A DNA stretch of 64,000 bases from contig JBAVAG010000023.1 in NCBI GenBank assembly GCA_049585595.1, positions 2,135 through 66,134 on the forward strand, read 5' to 3'. The stretch is from Desulfobaccales bacterium. Its GTDB lineage: Bacteria; Desulfobacterota; Desulfobaccia; Desulfobaccales; 0-14-0-80-60-11. How positions within the stretch are numbered: position 1 is the stretch's first letter; each line of letters begins with the position of its first letter. The translations under genes were made by a program, and so were the position numbers. This document shows, in pieces, positions 46,871-55,620 of the stretch. The notes under the pieces were generated by a model that saw only the letters and a program-made list of their open reading frames with translations, did no database searches and was not told the DNA's origin.

Positions 46871-47365
46871 TTGCCTAACTGCGACACCGCCCAAAAGATA
46901 GTAAACCGGGAGGAGGCGGCCCGCTGGGTTCAGGAGCAGCAAGAGCAGGGACAGCGGGTGGTCTTCACCAACGGGGTCTTCGAACTCCTACATCCCGGCC
47001 ACGTTGCCTACCTGGAGCAGGCCCGTTCACTGGGGGAGGCGCTAATCATCGGGGTGAATACCGATGCCTCGGCGCGCCGCCTGGACAAAGGCCAGGGGCG
47101 GCCCCTCACCCCGGAGCGCGACCGGGCCCGGGTCCTGGCAGCCCTGGCGTGTGTGGACCGGGTGATGCTCTTCGATGAGGACACCCCCCTGCAGCTGATC
47201 ACCCTTCTTAAGCCGCACATCCTGGTAAAGGGCGGGGACTATCAATTAACCCAAATCGTGGGCCGGGAGGTCGTCCTGGCCGGGGGCGGCCAGGTCTTAA
47301 CCCTCCCCTTCGTCCCGGGCTATTCCACCACGGCATTGCTGCAACGCCTCCGGCGGGGCTCATAA
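46871..47365 (+). CDS. rfaE2: D-glycero-beta-D-manno-heptose-1-phosphate adenylyltransferase (RfaE domain II)
   Basis: 164 aa. VVFTNGVFELLHPGHVAYLEQARSLGEALIIGVNTDAS...ILVKGGDY. TTG start after GGAGGA. Confidence 0.85.
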   Translation: MPNCDTAQKIVNREEAARWVQEQQEQGQRVVFTNGVFELLHPGHVAYLEQARSLGEALIIGVNTDASARRLDKGQGRPLTPERDRARVLAALACVDRVMLFDEDTPLQLITLLKPHILVKGGDYQLTQIVGREVVLAGGGQVLTLPFVPGYSTTALLQRLRRGS

Positions 47366-47421
47366 CCGGGAACCTGGTAATCTCTGATTAATGAAAATAC
47401 CCCGAACTGGAGGTGGACATT

Positions 47422-48261
47422 TTGAGTACCGAAAAGATATCCCAAATAGTCAAGGGTAGATACGGTAAATTTGCCGAGACCGGGGGCGGACAGGAGTCTT
47501 GTTGACCCAGCAAAGGAGAGCCCGGTTCGGGCTTTGCGGTGGATCAGCATCTCTATAGCCAGGCGGATCTGGCCCAGGTGCCGGCGGTGGCGCGCAACCT
47601 TTCCCGCGGTTGTGGCAACCCCACCGGTTTCGTGGCTATTCAGTCAGGGGAGGTGGTGGTGGATTTCGGCTGCGGCGCTGGCCTGGATGTCATCTTGGCA
47701 GCTCGCAAGGTAGGCCCGCAAGGGAGGGTAATAGGAATAGACTTTGCTCCGGAGATGGTCGAGCGGGCCAAGCAGGCCATCGAGGCGGCGCGCTTGCCAG
47801 AAGGGAATATTGAGCTTCGCGTCGCGGATATGGCTAGCACCGAACTCCCTGATGGCTGCGTGGATGTAATAATCTCCAACTGCGTCATTAATCTGATCCC
47901 TGATAAAGCCGCGGTGTACCAAGAAGCCTTGCGCATCCTGAAACCCGGTGGCCGGGTCGCCATTTCGGATATCGTCCTTACCGAGAAAATCGGTTCCGAG
48001 CTCAAAGAGCGGTTCCAAATAACGTGGTCCGGATGTTTGGGAGGGGCGATTCCTGAAGATGAATACATTAACATGATAAGGGAAGCGGGCTTTGCCGAGA
48101 TCCAGATTGTGGCCCGGCATCTCCTAAAGCCAGTGGAATTGGAAGCCATGGCCTGTTGTCCCGGCGCAGAATTTACGCCTCCTCCCGCCAAGGATGATCT
48201 TTTCGTGGTGCAGGGCAAAGTGAGCAGCATCAAGTTCAGAGCCATTAAACATCTTCACTAG
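47422..48261 (+). CDS. arsM: ArsM-like SAM-dependent methyltransferase, probable selenoprotein (in-frame UGA at 47503-47505)
   Basis: The track ORF (47539-48261, GTG) has the SAM motif VVDFGCGAGLDV and ArsM-type DVIISNCVINL and GCLGGA. The same frame continues upstream through a single TGA to a TTG at 47422 (SD GGAGG 8 nt upstream), giving STEKISQIVKGRYGKFAETGGGQESC-U-PSKGEP. This matches the ArsM N-terminal pattern (..V.E.Y...A..GG.SCC..) with Sec in place of the second Cys. Confidence 0.75.
47510..47537 (+). promoter_or_regulatory. Candidate bacterial SECIS hairpin
   Basis: GCAAA-ggaga-GCCCG-guu-CGGGC-UUUGC starts 4 nt after the UGA. The apical loop contains G and U and sits about 19 nt from the UGA. 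Confidence 0.6.
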
Positions 48262-48426
48262 ATCTATTATGGCGCGAAACTGTTTAGGGAACCAGAAGTA
48301 CTGGGGGAGGAAGTGGTTTGCTCCAAGCCTGCGGGCGATTTTTTTGTCCCTGTTGTCCTGGTTGTCTCCGTGGTCCATTTTCGGGGCAGGCCCGGCCCGG
48401 CCTTCGACCCGGGATTATTGCCGGCC

Positions 48427-51015
48427 TCAAGGCTCTTTTTTCTCGCCTTCCAATAATCGATTATACCGGGTCTGGTCGGCAGCGGCCATTTGCTTGGACG
48501 GCGGCGTCGGTTCGTAGGGCGTGTAGTCCGGGTGTTCGCTGAATATGCTGAACATCGGCACCGCCAGGGCGTCGTTTTGGTTCATGGGGTCAATTCCGAG
48601 CAGCATCTCGATCGTGCGCAGCATGCTGAGCTGGTCGTAGCGGTCGCTCACCACCGCACCCCTCTTGACATAGGGGCCTACCGCCAAACCCACGGTCCTC
48701 GTGGCATCCACGTGATCCGGCCCGTTTTGGGCGTCGTCTTCCGTTATCAGGATGAGGCTTTCTTTCCATATGGGGCTGTGCGAGATGGTGTTGATGATAA
48801 CACCCAGGGCCGCATCGTTTTGGGCCACAAACTGATCAGGCGGAGAGGAGTGCGGATCGGTCCCGGCCGTATGGTCGTTGGGAAGCCAGATATACTGAAA
48901 TTGCGCCACCGAGTGCTGGTTGACCTGATTTTCGAAATCGGCTCTCCATACTTTAACCCTATCGAGGTCCGAAATGTTGAGGTCCCAGGAGGGGTAGTCG
49001 ATGGGGTAATGGAAGAGATATTCGGCAACTCCGTCCCGCAGTTTCTCATTGGTTCCTAACTGCGGGACCAGGCTGCTATCCCCCAGCAGGTAGAACGAGA
49101 GCACCTGGGCCACCTCAGGTCTAGTTTTCAGGAGTTCCTCAGCCTTAGCCACCGAGTCCGGCTGCGGCTCGAACAGAGCGACATGGGCATACAACCCCTC
49201 GCCGCGGTCCGTCGCCGAGGCAAGCACCATCATGCGGGCGTAGAATTTGTCATAAAATTCCTTGGCCAGGCGGGGGGTCGCCTCAAAGCTCTCCTTGAGG
49301 AGGCGCTGAGCCCTGGTATAGAGAAAATAATTCTCCCCGTAGATACGATAATCGATATTCTTCTTCTCCAGCACATCCCACAGGTACTTCGGCGAATACA
49401 GCGCCGGAACACATCCGAACGGGTAGCCTGCGTATCGGTTCGAATACGACAGGTTGCCGAGCGACTCCAGAAAGGGGCTCGCATAGCCGCTGGTGGTGAA
49501 ACTGTGGCCGAGAACGCTGATCTCGCCGTCGGCATAATAATTGTCCAGGGTCACGAACTGTTTGGCCAGTTTATGGGCGTTCGGGGTGATTCTATCCCCG
49601 AAAAGCGTCAGATACGGATCGCCATTTCCCCGTCCCAGGTCGCCCAGCACCTGGTCATAAGTGCGGTTCTCCCTGATGATGAAAAAAACGTACCGGACGG
49701 CAGGCATGTTACCCTTTTGGAAACCGTATATCGGCGCTCCCTCCTCCACCTGCCGCGTCCAGGCAGGCAGGTTCGCCTCAATCTGATCCTGGGGAATAAC
49801 CCCCAGCGTCCCTTTCAATAGAGTCAATACGTACTCATTCCTGACATTGGGTCTGCGGGCCCGGATTCCCTTGGCGCTCAGAACGGCCAGCCAATCCTTC
49901 CCGGTGATCACCTTGGTCGGATACCAGCCGGTTGGAATGAAGCCGAGAGGCTTGCCCGCCTTTTTATCGAATATCCCCACCGCGTTTCTATAAGCCAGGG
50001 TCACGAAGAGGCGGTCGCCGGCGACGGCGCACGAGGTGGGAGCGTAGCCGAACCCCTCCCCGGGGCTGCCAACGCCGATCTCGGATACGACTTCATCTTT
50101 CTGGGCATCGACCACTGATAGATTATCCGAGCCGGTGTTCACCACGTAGAGGCGGTTGGCTTGCGAGTCCGGGCAGAGATCCTGCGGGGTCTTTCCCACA
50201 GCCAGGGATTTCTGAAAATGGCCTTGGGAATCGAAGACCTTCAGTTTGTCCTCGCCCAGGATAGTGACGTATAATTTTTTGTTAAAATAGCAGACCGTGT
50301 GCGGAAAGTACCCCGCCTCTTCCTCATGTTCGATACGCCCGGTCTTCGTATTGAGAATTGCCAGTTTACCCTTTCCGTAGGTGACGCTATTTTCGGCTTT
50401 CGGCTCGCTGCCCACCACCAGGTAGACGACGGCCAGGTGGTCCGGATCGATGGGCGCCAGTCCCGCGGCATACCCTCTCACCGGATATTTCTGCACGAGT
50501 TTGAAATTGGAGTTGTAACGATAGACCGCCTGGTCGTAGCCTCCACTCACATAAAGGTCTCCGTCTAAACCGGCCGCGGCGCCCACAAACAAGGAGCCGG
50601 GGCTAAGTACCTTTACCTCCCCGGAGACCGGGTCCACGATGGAAATCTCTTGCGGCTCCTTGGAATAATACCCCGTATTGAGCACTACAATGTGCTTCCC
50701 ATAGAAGACGGCCTCTTCAGGCAACCGTCCCACCGGGAACTGCCGGCCTGCCGGGGCGATCTTCCAACCCGTCGGCAGGACAACCTCCGCAGGCGGCGCC
50801 GGCTCCGTTTTCCGCATCTTCTCAACGTGGCGTTCGGCTTCTTCGTATGGGGTCCCCTTGGCAAACCGCCAAAGCTCGCGGTTTAGGACATCCTCCTCTC
50901 CCGGCTGGTCCGGCTCCGCTAATCGTGAGTCCTGCTCCTGCTCTGCCATTGCGATCCGACAGATGAGGATCAACAAAACTGCTGCGAAAACCATCGCCAG
51001 TTTAAGCCGCTTCAT
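48427..51015 (-). CDS. Secreted fusion protein: YVTN/YncE-type beta-propeller plus phosphoesterase (PLC/AcpA-like) domain
   Basis: 862 aa with a signal peptide (LAMVFAAVLLILICRIAMA). N-half has propeller repeats (LYVVNTGSDNLSVVD...). C-half has FIIRENRTYDQVLGDL...HSFTTSG...WLPNDHTAG...ITEDDAQNGPDHVDATRT. Confidence 0.75.
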   Translation of the reverse strand: MKRLKLAMVFAAVLLILICRIAMAEQEQDSRLAEPDQPGEEDVLNRELWRFAKGTPYEEAERHVEKMRKTEPAPPAEVVLPTGWKIAPAGRQFPVGRLPEEAVFYGKHIVVLNTGYYSKEPQEISIVDPVSGEVKVLSPGSLFVGAAAGLDGDLYVSGGYDQAVYRYNSNFKLVQKYPVRGYAAGLAPIDPDHLAVVYLVVGSEPKAENSVTYGKGKLAILNTKTGRIEHEEEAGYFPHTVCYFNKKLYVTILGEDKLKVFDSQGHFQKSLAVGKTPQDLCPDSQANRLYVVNTGSDNLSVVDAQKDEVVSEIGVGSPGEGFGYAPTSCAVAGDRLFVTLAYRNAVGIFDKKAGKPLGFIPTGWYPTKVITGKDWLAVLSAKGIRARRPNVRNEYVLTLLKGTLGVIPQDQIEANLPAWTRQVEEGAPIYGFQKGNMPAVRYVFFIIRENRTYDQVLGDLGRGNGDPYLTLFGDRITPNAHKLAKQFVTLDNYYADGEISVLGHSFTTSGYASPFLESLGNLSYSNRYAGYPFGCVPALYSPKYLWDVLEKKNIDYRIYGENYFLYTRAQRLLKESFEATPRLAKEFYDKFYARMMVLASATDRGEGLYAHVALFEPQPDSVAKAEELLKTRPEVAQVLSFYLLGDSSLVPQLGTNEKLRDGVAEYLFHYPIDYPSWDLNISDLDRVKVWRADFENQVNQHSVAQFQYIWLPNDHTAGTDPHSSPPDQFVAQNDAALGVIINTISHSPIWKESLILITEDDAQNGPDHVDATRTVGLAVGPYVKRGAVVSDRYDQLSMLRTIEMLLGIDPMNQNDALAVPMFSIFSEHPDYTPYEPTPPSKQMAAADQTRYNRLLEGEKKEP

Positions 51016-51298
51016 GGCTTTAAGCTTCCCGGCCAGGATTATTTTAAATGGCTGACTCTCTTACTACCCTGATGATAGCATAGGTATTGTTTCATTAGTG
51101 TTAACGGCGCCGGCCATCTATTAATTTATTAGAAAAAATGGGCGCGGCGGTTGCCAGCCGGGCCAGGCAGGCCGGTTTGGCCGCCGCTAATTGAGGTTGC
51201 CCCGCCAAGAAAGGGAGCAACAAGAGGTCCAGGGAGGAGACGACCGCGGCGCCACCCTTGCAAAAATCAGGGGGGACGCCTGCCGCCGCACTTTTTGG

Positions 51299-51721
51299 TT
51301 AGAGGGCGCTGCGGTCCAGTTCCACTTCCATGGCCCGGGCCGGGCAAACCGGGCAACAGAGCTCACAGGCGCTGCATTTACCGGCGTCGAACAGCACCGC
51401 CATCTCCGGCCGCTCCATGTAGAGGGCGCCGGTGGGGCAGACCGCGGTACAGGTTCCGCACTGGTAGCAGCGCTCCTCATTGCGCCGCACTTCCTTGGCC
51501 ACCCGTTTCACCTGGACTCCCGCATCCCGGAGAAACTTGAGGCCCCGGCGGAAGTTCTGGGGATGGCCCCGCAGCTCCATGACCATCACCCCCTCTTGTT
51601 GGGGGTAGATGGTGGCCTTCAGCAAGTTGAATTCCAGATCGAATTCTTTAACCAGCCGGTAGATAATGGGCTGATCTACCACCTCCCGGTTGAACCGTAG
51701 GACCAACATCTCGGCGTGCAT
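51299..51721 (-). CDS. NIL-domain protein fused to a 2x[4Fe-4S] ferredoxin
   Basis: 140 aa. N-terminal NIL-like region (LVLRFNREVVDQPIIYRLVKEFDLEFNLLKATI), then CYQCGTCTAVCP and CSACELCCPVCP. Confidence 0.75.
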   Translation of the reverse strand: MHAEMLVLRFNREVVDQPIIYRLVKEFDLEFNLLKATIYPQQEGVMVMELRGHPQNFRRGLKFLRDAGVQVKRVAKEVRRNEERCYQCGTCTAVCPTGALYMERPEMAVLFDAGKCSACELCCPVCPARAMEVELDRSAL

Positions 51722-51845
51722 GGTTCCTTCCTGTTAATGGGGCGGAGGCGCCAGACAGGACAGCCGCCCGCGACTGTCAAACCCGCGCCCGTCCCACCCT
51801 GGGTAGGTGAAATCCCTGAATTTTCGCAGAGTCCTCAAGTGGCCA

Positions 51846-52262
51846 TCAATAGATCGAGCGAACCGAGCCGGTCTGCTTGTTCACCTCGATTTTGTCCACC
51901 AGGGAGCCGTCCTTGGTGACCACATCCAACTCATAATTGCCGCCTTTCTCAATAACTTTACCCGTCTTCAAGTTCGGGTTGCGGCCAATTTCCTGCTCAA
52001 CCAGGGCCTTAGCCTGATCCGCCGTCAGTGGCTGTCCTGGTTTAGCCATCGGGGAGCCTGCCTGCGGATTCATCCCCGGGCAAACCCCGCCTCCCTGTCC
52101 TCCTGGCGAGCCCGGCCCCGGTTTACCGCCCATCGCAGGGCACAAAGAGCCGCCGCCATTACCCGGGCCGGCAGGCTTTGCGACCGGCTGGGCCGAGAGG
52201 GTGCCCACGACCAATATGATCCCCAGAAAGGCTAATAATCCCATGATAGCCAATCTTTTCAC
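51846..52262 (-). CDS. Secreted PepSY-domain protein
   Basis: 138 aa. Signal peptide, G/P-rich linker, and a C-terminal PepSY-like region LTADQAKALVEQEIGRNPNLKTGKVIEKGGNYELDVVTKDGSLVDKIEVNKQTGSV. Confidence 0.6.
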   Translation of the reverse strand: MKRLAIMGLLAFLGIILVVGTLSAQPVAKPAGPGNGGGSLCPAMGGKPGPGSPGGQGGGVCPGMNPQAGSPMAKPGQPLTADQAKALVEQEIGRNPNLKTGKVIEKGGNYELDVVTKDGSLVDKIEVNKQTGSVRSIY

Positions 52263-52381
52263 GCTGCTTCCTCCTTTTTGCTGCCAATTTTCCCTTCGGA
52301 ATTCGAATTAAGCCTCGGCTTCAAAGTTTCATTGACCCTGAAACCAGCTCTTGGGAAATTATATCAGAAAACCCCTTCTCC

Positions 52382-55363
52382 TCAAATCAAGTTGCCGAAG
52401 CGCGCCTTCCAGGCGATGCTGAGGTCTTCCAGAGAGACCTCCAACATGCGGGCGCCGCGGTCTACTTTGAGCAGCCCCTCTGGCCGCACCTCCCCCAGCA
52501 GGAATACGGGCTGGCCCTTAAACAGCTCCTCAAAGCGGCCTCGCCGGGACTGATCGATGCTCACCAGAAAACGCCCGGCGGATTCGCTATAAGCGGCGGC
52601 GAAATCCGGGGCCTCCGGAGCCACGGCCTTCAGGTCCACCTGCACCCCCAGGCCCGCAGCCATGGAGGCCAGGGCCAGGTGCACCAAGAGGCCGCCTCGA
52701 TAGACCCCGTGGGTTGAAGCCAGCAGTTCCTCCCGTCCGGCCTGCTCCAGCAGACGGTAATAAGCCAAAAACTCCTCTGGCCGGGCCTCCGGCACGCTCA
52801 GTCCCACATACCCCATGAGTTCGTAGAACTCTGACCCGCCCAACTCCGGCCGCGTGTGTCCCAGGAGGTAGATGAGGTCGCCCGGTTTCTTCCACTCCAG
52901 GGTCATGGCCCGGCGAATCTCCGGAAGGACGCTCACCCCGGTGAAAAACAGGGTGGGCAGCCCCGAAACCCGGTGCGTCTCCCCGAAGGGCCCGGGCACC
53001 AAGCCGTCCACGTACATGCTGTCCTTGCCGGAGAGGAGCGGTATCCCGTAAGCCAGGCACAGGTCCCTAAGGGCCCAGCAGGCTCGCACCAATTGGGCCG
53101 CCTTGTACTTGCCGTCGGGGTTTTCGTGGGGGTGATACTCCACGTTGGGCCAGCAGAAGTTGTCCACCCCGCCGATATGCTCCAGAACGCCCCCCACTGC
53201 CAGCAGCCGCCGCAGCGCTTCATCGATGGTGACCGCGGTCATGTGGTAGGTGTCGATTTGCGAGTAGGCCGGATTGACGGCCAGGCTCACGGCCAGGCCC
53301 CGCGGGGATTGGGGCCTGGGGCGGATCAGCGCCGCGTCCCCCGGCACCTGGATCAGGCGTCCCACCAGGGGTTTGAGCACGCTGCCCCCTTGCACCTCGT
53401 GATCATACTGGCGAATGATCCACTCCCGGGAGCAGATATTGGGCCGCGCCATCATGCCCAGCAGCAGCCCCCGCTGGTCCCCGACGTCGCCCAACACCGG
53501 CTCGCTGAGGCGGTCGGCAGGGGCCTGCCACTCGCAGTCAAACTCCCAGGGGGGAAACTCCTCTTCCAGAAGCGAGAGGTCCATATAGGCGCAGACCCGG
53601 CCCTGGTGCTTCACCGATAGGACTCCCCGGTCGGTATAGACGCCGATGACGGATGCCTCCACCGCGTGCTTCCGGGCCAGCTCCTGAAATTGGGCCTCGT
53701 TTTCCGGGCGCACCGCCACCACCATGCGCTCCTGGGATTCGGAAATCCAGATCTCCCAGGGATCGAGACCCTCATATTTCAGCGGCACCTTGGAGAGGTC
53801 CACTTCGCAGCCGCCGGCCATCATGGCCGATTCGCCCACCGCCGAGGAGAGGCCGCCACCGCCGCAATCGGTGATGAAGCCGATGAGACCCTGGTCCCGG
53901 GCCTCTAGCAGAAAATCCTGCATGTTCTTCTGGGTGTAAGGGTCGCCGATCTGGACGTGACCCGCCGGGGTGCCCGGGGAGGCCACCTCCGAGGAGGCCG
54001 TGACCCCGTGGATCCCGTCCTTGCCCACCCGGCCGCCGCACATAAAGATGAGATCGCCGGGCTGAGCCGCCTTCTTGGCCGCCGGCTCCCCGTTGACCAA
54101 TTTGGGCAACAGGCCCACGGCCCCCACGAATACCAGGCATTTGCCCAGGTAGCTTTCATCGAAATAGAGGGTGCCGTTGAGGGTGGGCACGCCGCTCTTG
54201 TTGCCGCCGTCCTTGACCCCTGCGATTACCCCGTCCAGCAGGCGCCGGGGATGGAGCCGGGGCCTGAGCGGGCCGGGATAATCCCGCGGGCCCACGCAAA
54301 AGCCGTACATCCCCCCGATGAGCCGGGCGCCTTTGCCGGTGCCCATGGGGTCCCGGTAAACTCCGACGATCCCGGTGAGGGAGCCGCCGTAAGCCTCCAG
54401 GTTGGATGGAGAGTTGTGGGTCTCCCCTTTGATGACATAGGAGAAATCTTCGTCGAGCTGTCCCACCCCGGCGTTGTCCCACAACACCGAAACCACCCAC
54501 GACTTCTTCCAGGCGATCTCCCGGGTGGGCGCCTCGATGCAGGTCTTGAACAGGTTGTCCACCACCTGGTGCTCACCGCTGTCTGGGTCGCGGAAGTGGA
54601 ACAGGCCCCGGAAGGTGTTGTGATTACAATGGTCGCTGCGGGCCTGGGCCAGGTACTCCAGCTCCACGTCGGTGGGAGGTCCCAATCCCACCGCGGCCCG
54701 GCGCTCCTGGACTTCGGGGCGCCGGAAGTAATCCCTGATGATGGGCAGGTCCGCGTCCCGGAGCGCCAGGTAGCGCTGGCGGCTCAACTCTCGCAAGGCC
54801 GTAAGCGAACTGAGGTCGAAGACCTCCACCTGCGGGGAGTGCGCCAGCTCTACCCGGGGCAGTATGAGGCCCACCCCGACCTCCGGGTCCCAATCCTGCC
54901 GGGAGAAGAGGCGGAATTCCTGGATCATGTCGTTGGCCAGCAGTTCCCGGGCCACCTTGGCCATGCGCTCCCGATCCAGGCTCTCTCCGGAAAAGAGAAA
55001 AAGTTTGGAGGTATAGACCGCCTCCGCCGGCGCCAGGGAACGTCCCAGATAGGCCTCGATGGCCTCCCGGGCCACGGCCCCGGCATTATCCCGCACCCCG
55101 GGCTTGAAGCCCACCCACACCGCCCAGTCGAAGGCCTGGGCCAGGGGCCGGAATCCGGAGGTTTGGGTAATGGGGTGCGTGAAGATCTCCCGGCGCACCT
55201 CCTCCAGTTCCCCGGCAGGCAAGTCCAGGTCCAGCATCAGGACCCTCAGCACCCGAACCCGGTCGATTTCCAGGCCGCAATACTCCTGCGCCTGGCGGCG
55301 CACCCCCTCCCCTTCTGCATCCGGCAGCTCCGGCCGCCAGCCTATTTCCAAGCGAACCGCCAT
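52382..55363 (-). CDS. purL: Phosphoribosylformylglycinamidine synthase, large (PurS-like N-terminus + PurL) form
   Basis: 993 aa. ...CNHNTFRG..., ...IKGETHNSPSNLEAYGGSLTGIVGVYRD..., and duplicated AIR-synthase-like PurM folds. Confidence 0.9.
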   Translation of the reverse strand: MAVRLEIGWRPELPDAEGEGVRRQAQEYCGLEIDRVRVLRVLMLDLDLPAGELEEVRREIFTHPITQTSGFRPLAQAFDWAVWVGFKPGVRDNAGAVAREAIEAYLGRSLAPAEAVYTSKLFLFSGESLDRERMAKVARELLANDMIQEFRLFSRQDWDPEVGVGLILPRVELAHSPQVEVFDLSSLTALRELSRQRYLALRDADLPIIRDYFRRPEVQERRAAVGLGPPTDVELEYLAQARSDHCNHNTFRGLFHFRDPDSGEHQVVDNLFKTCIEAPTREIAWKKSWVVSVLWDNAGVGQLDEDFSYVIKGETHNSPSNLEAYGGSLTGIVGVYRDPMGTGKGARLIGGMYGFCVGPRDYPGPLRPRLHPRRLLDGVIAGVKDGGNKSGVPTLNGTLYFDESYLGKCLVFVGAVGLLPKLVNGEPAAKKAAQPGDLIFMCGGRVGKDGIHGVTASSEVASPGTPAGHVQIGDPYTQKNMQDFLLEARDQGLIGFITDCGGGGLSSAVGESAMMAGGCEVDLSKVPLKYEGLDPWEIWISESQERMVVAVRPENEAQFQELARKHAVEASVIGVYTDRGVLSVKHQGRVCAYMDLSLLEEEFPPWEFDCEWQAPADRLSEPVLGDVGDQRGLLLGMMARPNICSREWIIRQYDHEVQGGSVLKPLVGRLIQVPGDAALIRPRPQSPRGLAVSLAVNPAYSQIDTYHMTAVTIDEALRRLLAVGGVLEHIGGVDNFCWPNVEYHPHENPDGKYKAAQLVRACWALRDLCLAYGIPLLSGKDSMYVDGLVPGPFGETHRVSGLPTLFFTGVSVLPEIRRAMTLEWKKPGDLIYLLGHTRPELGGSEFYELMGYVGLSVPEARPEEFLAYYRLLEQAGREELLASTHGVYRGGLLVHLALASMAAGLGVQVDLKAVAPEAPDFAAAYSESAGRFLVSIDQSRRGRFEELFKGQPVFLLGEVRPEGLLKVDRGARMLEVSLEDLSIAWKARFGNLI

Positions 55364-55459
55364 TTTGTCTCCCCATCAACCGCGCGTATTGAAGCGAATA
55401 TACCTTAAGGGAAGCCCGAGAAAAAGTCTTATGATGCCCCTGCCCCCTGGAAAATTTAA

Positions 55460-55616
55460 GTAGGGGCGACGGTGGCACAGGCTTCCAGCCTGTGACTGGG
55501 TCGCCCTACCCGCTGGGTCACCCTCGCCTGAAATAGGGCGGCCTGTGGCCGCCAGGTCCGGCGGGCCCAGCCAGACCTATCAGGTCGCGTTGGGCAGCCG
55601 CAGGCTTTAGCCTGCG
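55460..55616. repeat. Cluster of three REP variants
   Basis: gtaggggcgacggtggcacaggcttccagcctgtgactgggtcgccctac; aatagggcggcctgtggccgcc; gcagccgcaggctttagcctgcg. Confidence 0.65.
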
Positions 55617-55620
55617 ATTA

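Noticed and set aside
47640-48245. 201-aa and 158-aa minus-strand ORFs
   Set aside because: They are antisense to the ArsM-like methyltransferase.
51151-51700. 129-aa and 169-aa plus-strand ORFs
   Set aside because: They are antisense to the NIL-ferredoxin gene and an adjacent GC palindrome.
53957-55408. 483-aa plus-strand ORF (and 52856-53620)
   Set aside because: They are antisense to purL.
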